Below, piece after piece: positions 63,046 through 64,000 of a stretch of DNA of 64,000 bases. The position numbers were made by a program, and so were the translations under genes. The notes under the pieces are model-generated. The model was not told where the DNA came from, did no database searches, and was given only the letters and a program-made list of their open reading frames with translations. The DNA lies in NCBI GenBank assembly GCA_030390025.1, contig CM059432.1, forward strand, positions 83,888,001 to 83,952,000, given 5' to 3'. Position 1 is the first letter of the stretch, and each line of letters starts with the position of its first letter. The stretch is from Squalus acanthias (Eukaryota).

Positions 63046-64000
63046 CACATTTGAATTTGAACATGATACAAAAAAGCTCTCAAAAGAGCATTAGATACAT
63101 TATCTATCAAAGCATAGTAACTGTGAAGACTCAACATAAACCAATTTACACTGGTAAATGCAATTTACAAGACCATTCTGATTTCCCTGAGATGATGTTC
63201 ACTCCAAGGTCTCAGGTAAACTCTTCCAGGTTCACTTAAATCAAGACATGTACACAAATCTAAATTAATTTAAATCAATCTAAATTTGGTTTACATTCTT
63301 ACAAATTTGGTTTGGGATTGGCATGTGTTTGCTGATTCCATGCACTTCCCGTTTATAATGATGTTTAAATTGAACTAATACAGTTAGCACGTGATTTATA
63401 GCAAGTCAGTATATTTCATGAACCCGATGCAAGAGCAATTTGCACTGTTTATTCAGAGGCCAGAAATTCAGACAGTAATCTGCATGTAAGCATAATTATA
63501 TGGCATATCAAATTTTAATTCATTATATATCTACTTGAAAGCAACATATAGCTCCAAAACCTTTCTATGGAGACAATAGAGGTGTGAACATCAAAATAGC
63601 CAGATCAGTTAGTAATTAGTTCCATTAGTTTTAACTTCCACATGGAAACCTTTAACTTATAAGAAACATAAGTAAAGTATAAACATACAAATCTAATTTT
63701 CTTGTTTTTGGCAGCTGTGACACAGATCAGCCACAACTTTTCACAGAAGGGAATATGTGTCATATGGCCATTCTAGTAGCAGCTAAACTACTCTGCCTGC
63801 TGTCATGAAGGAAATTGTCTCTGTGGCATTCGGGTGTGAGAGACCTGGTCAATTTGGGCTAAATAGCATATAATGGGAGAATAATCTCTTGTTGTTAATG
63901 TTACTGCTAATGTGTTAATTGCGATGTGTGAAAATTCAAATGATGATCCTGAAATCTGTATGCATCTCTGAGGAAAATGGCTAGCAGGCTGCTTCTTCTG

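Overview
Eukaryotic (vertebrate) genomic DNA. The repeat content (CR1, L2, Deu-domain SINEs, Penelope-type repeats, many Harbinger MITEs) points to a cartilaginous fish (shark); this is an inference. The whole window lies inside the EYA1 (eyes absent 1) gene on the minus strand. Five phase-compatible coding exons (53051-53133, 45014-45194, 24354-24496, 23776-23859, 8423-8512) run from the Pro/Ser/Thr-rich N-terminal region into the HAD-phosphatase Eya domain (WDLDET). None appears in the ORF track in its true frame. The introns are packed with transposable elements: a full-length two-gene PIF/Harbinger transposon (spliced Myb/SANT gene with an AT-hook, plus a decayed DDE transposase), other Harbinger relics and MITEs with 3-bp TSDs, hAT MITEs with 8-bp TSDs, a near full-length CR1, L2 and Tx1-like fragments, and SINEs. 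Most notable: a minimal Penelope-type hammerhead ribozyme (2336-2372), asymmetric decay of the two Harbinger genes, a CCAAT-CRE-TATA-like module carried by Harbinger ends (some copies in EYA1-sense orientation next to perfect splice donors), and a strong CTCF motif. No prokaryotic-type systems are present. TE boundaries without a visible TSD are approximate.
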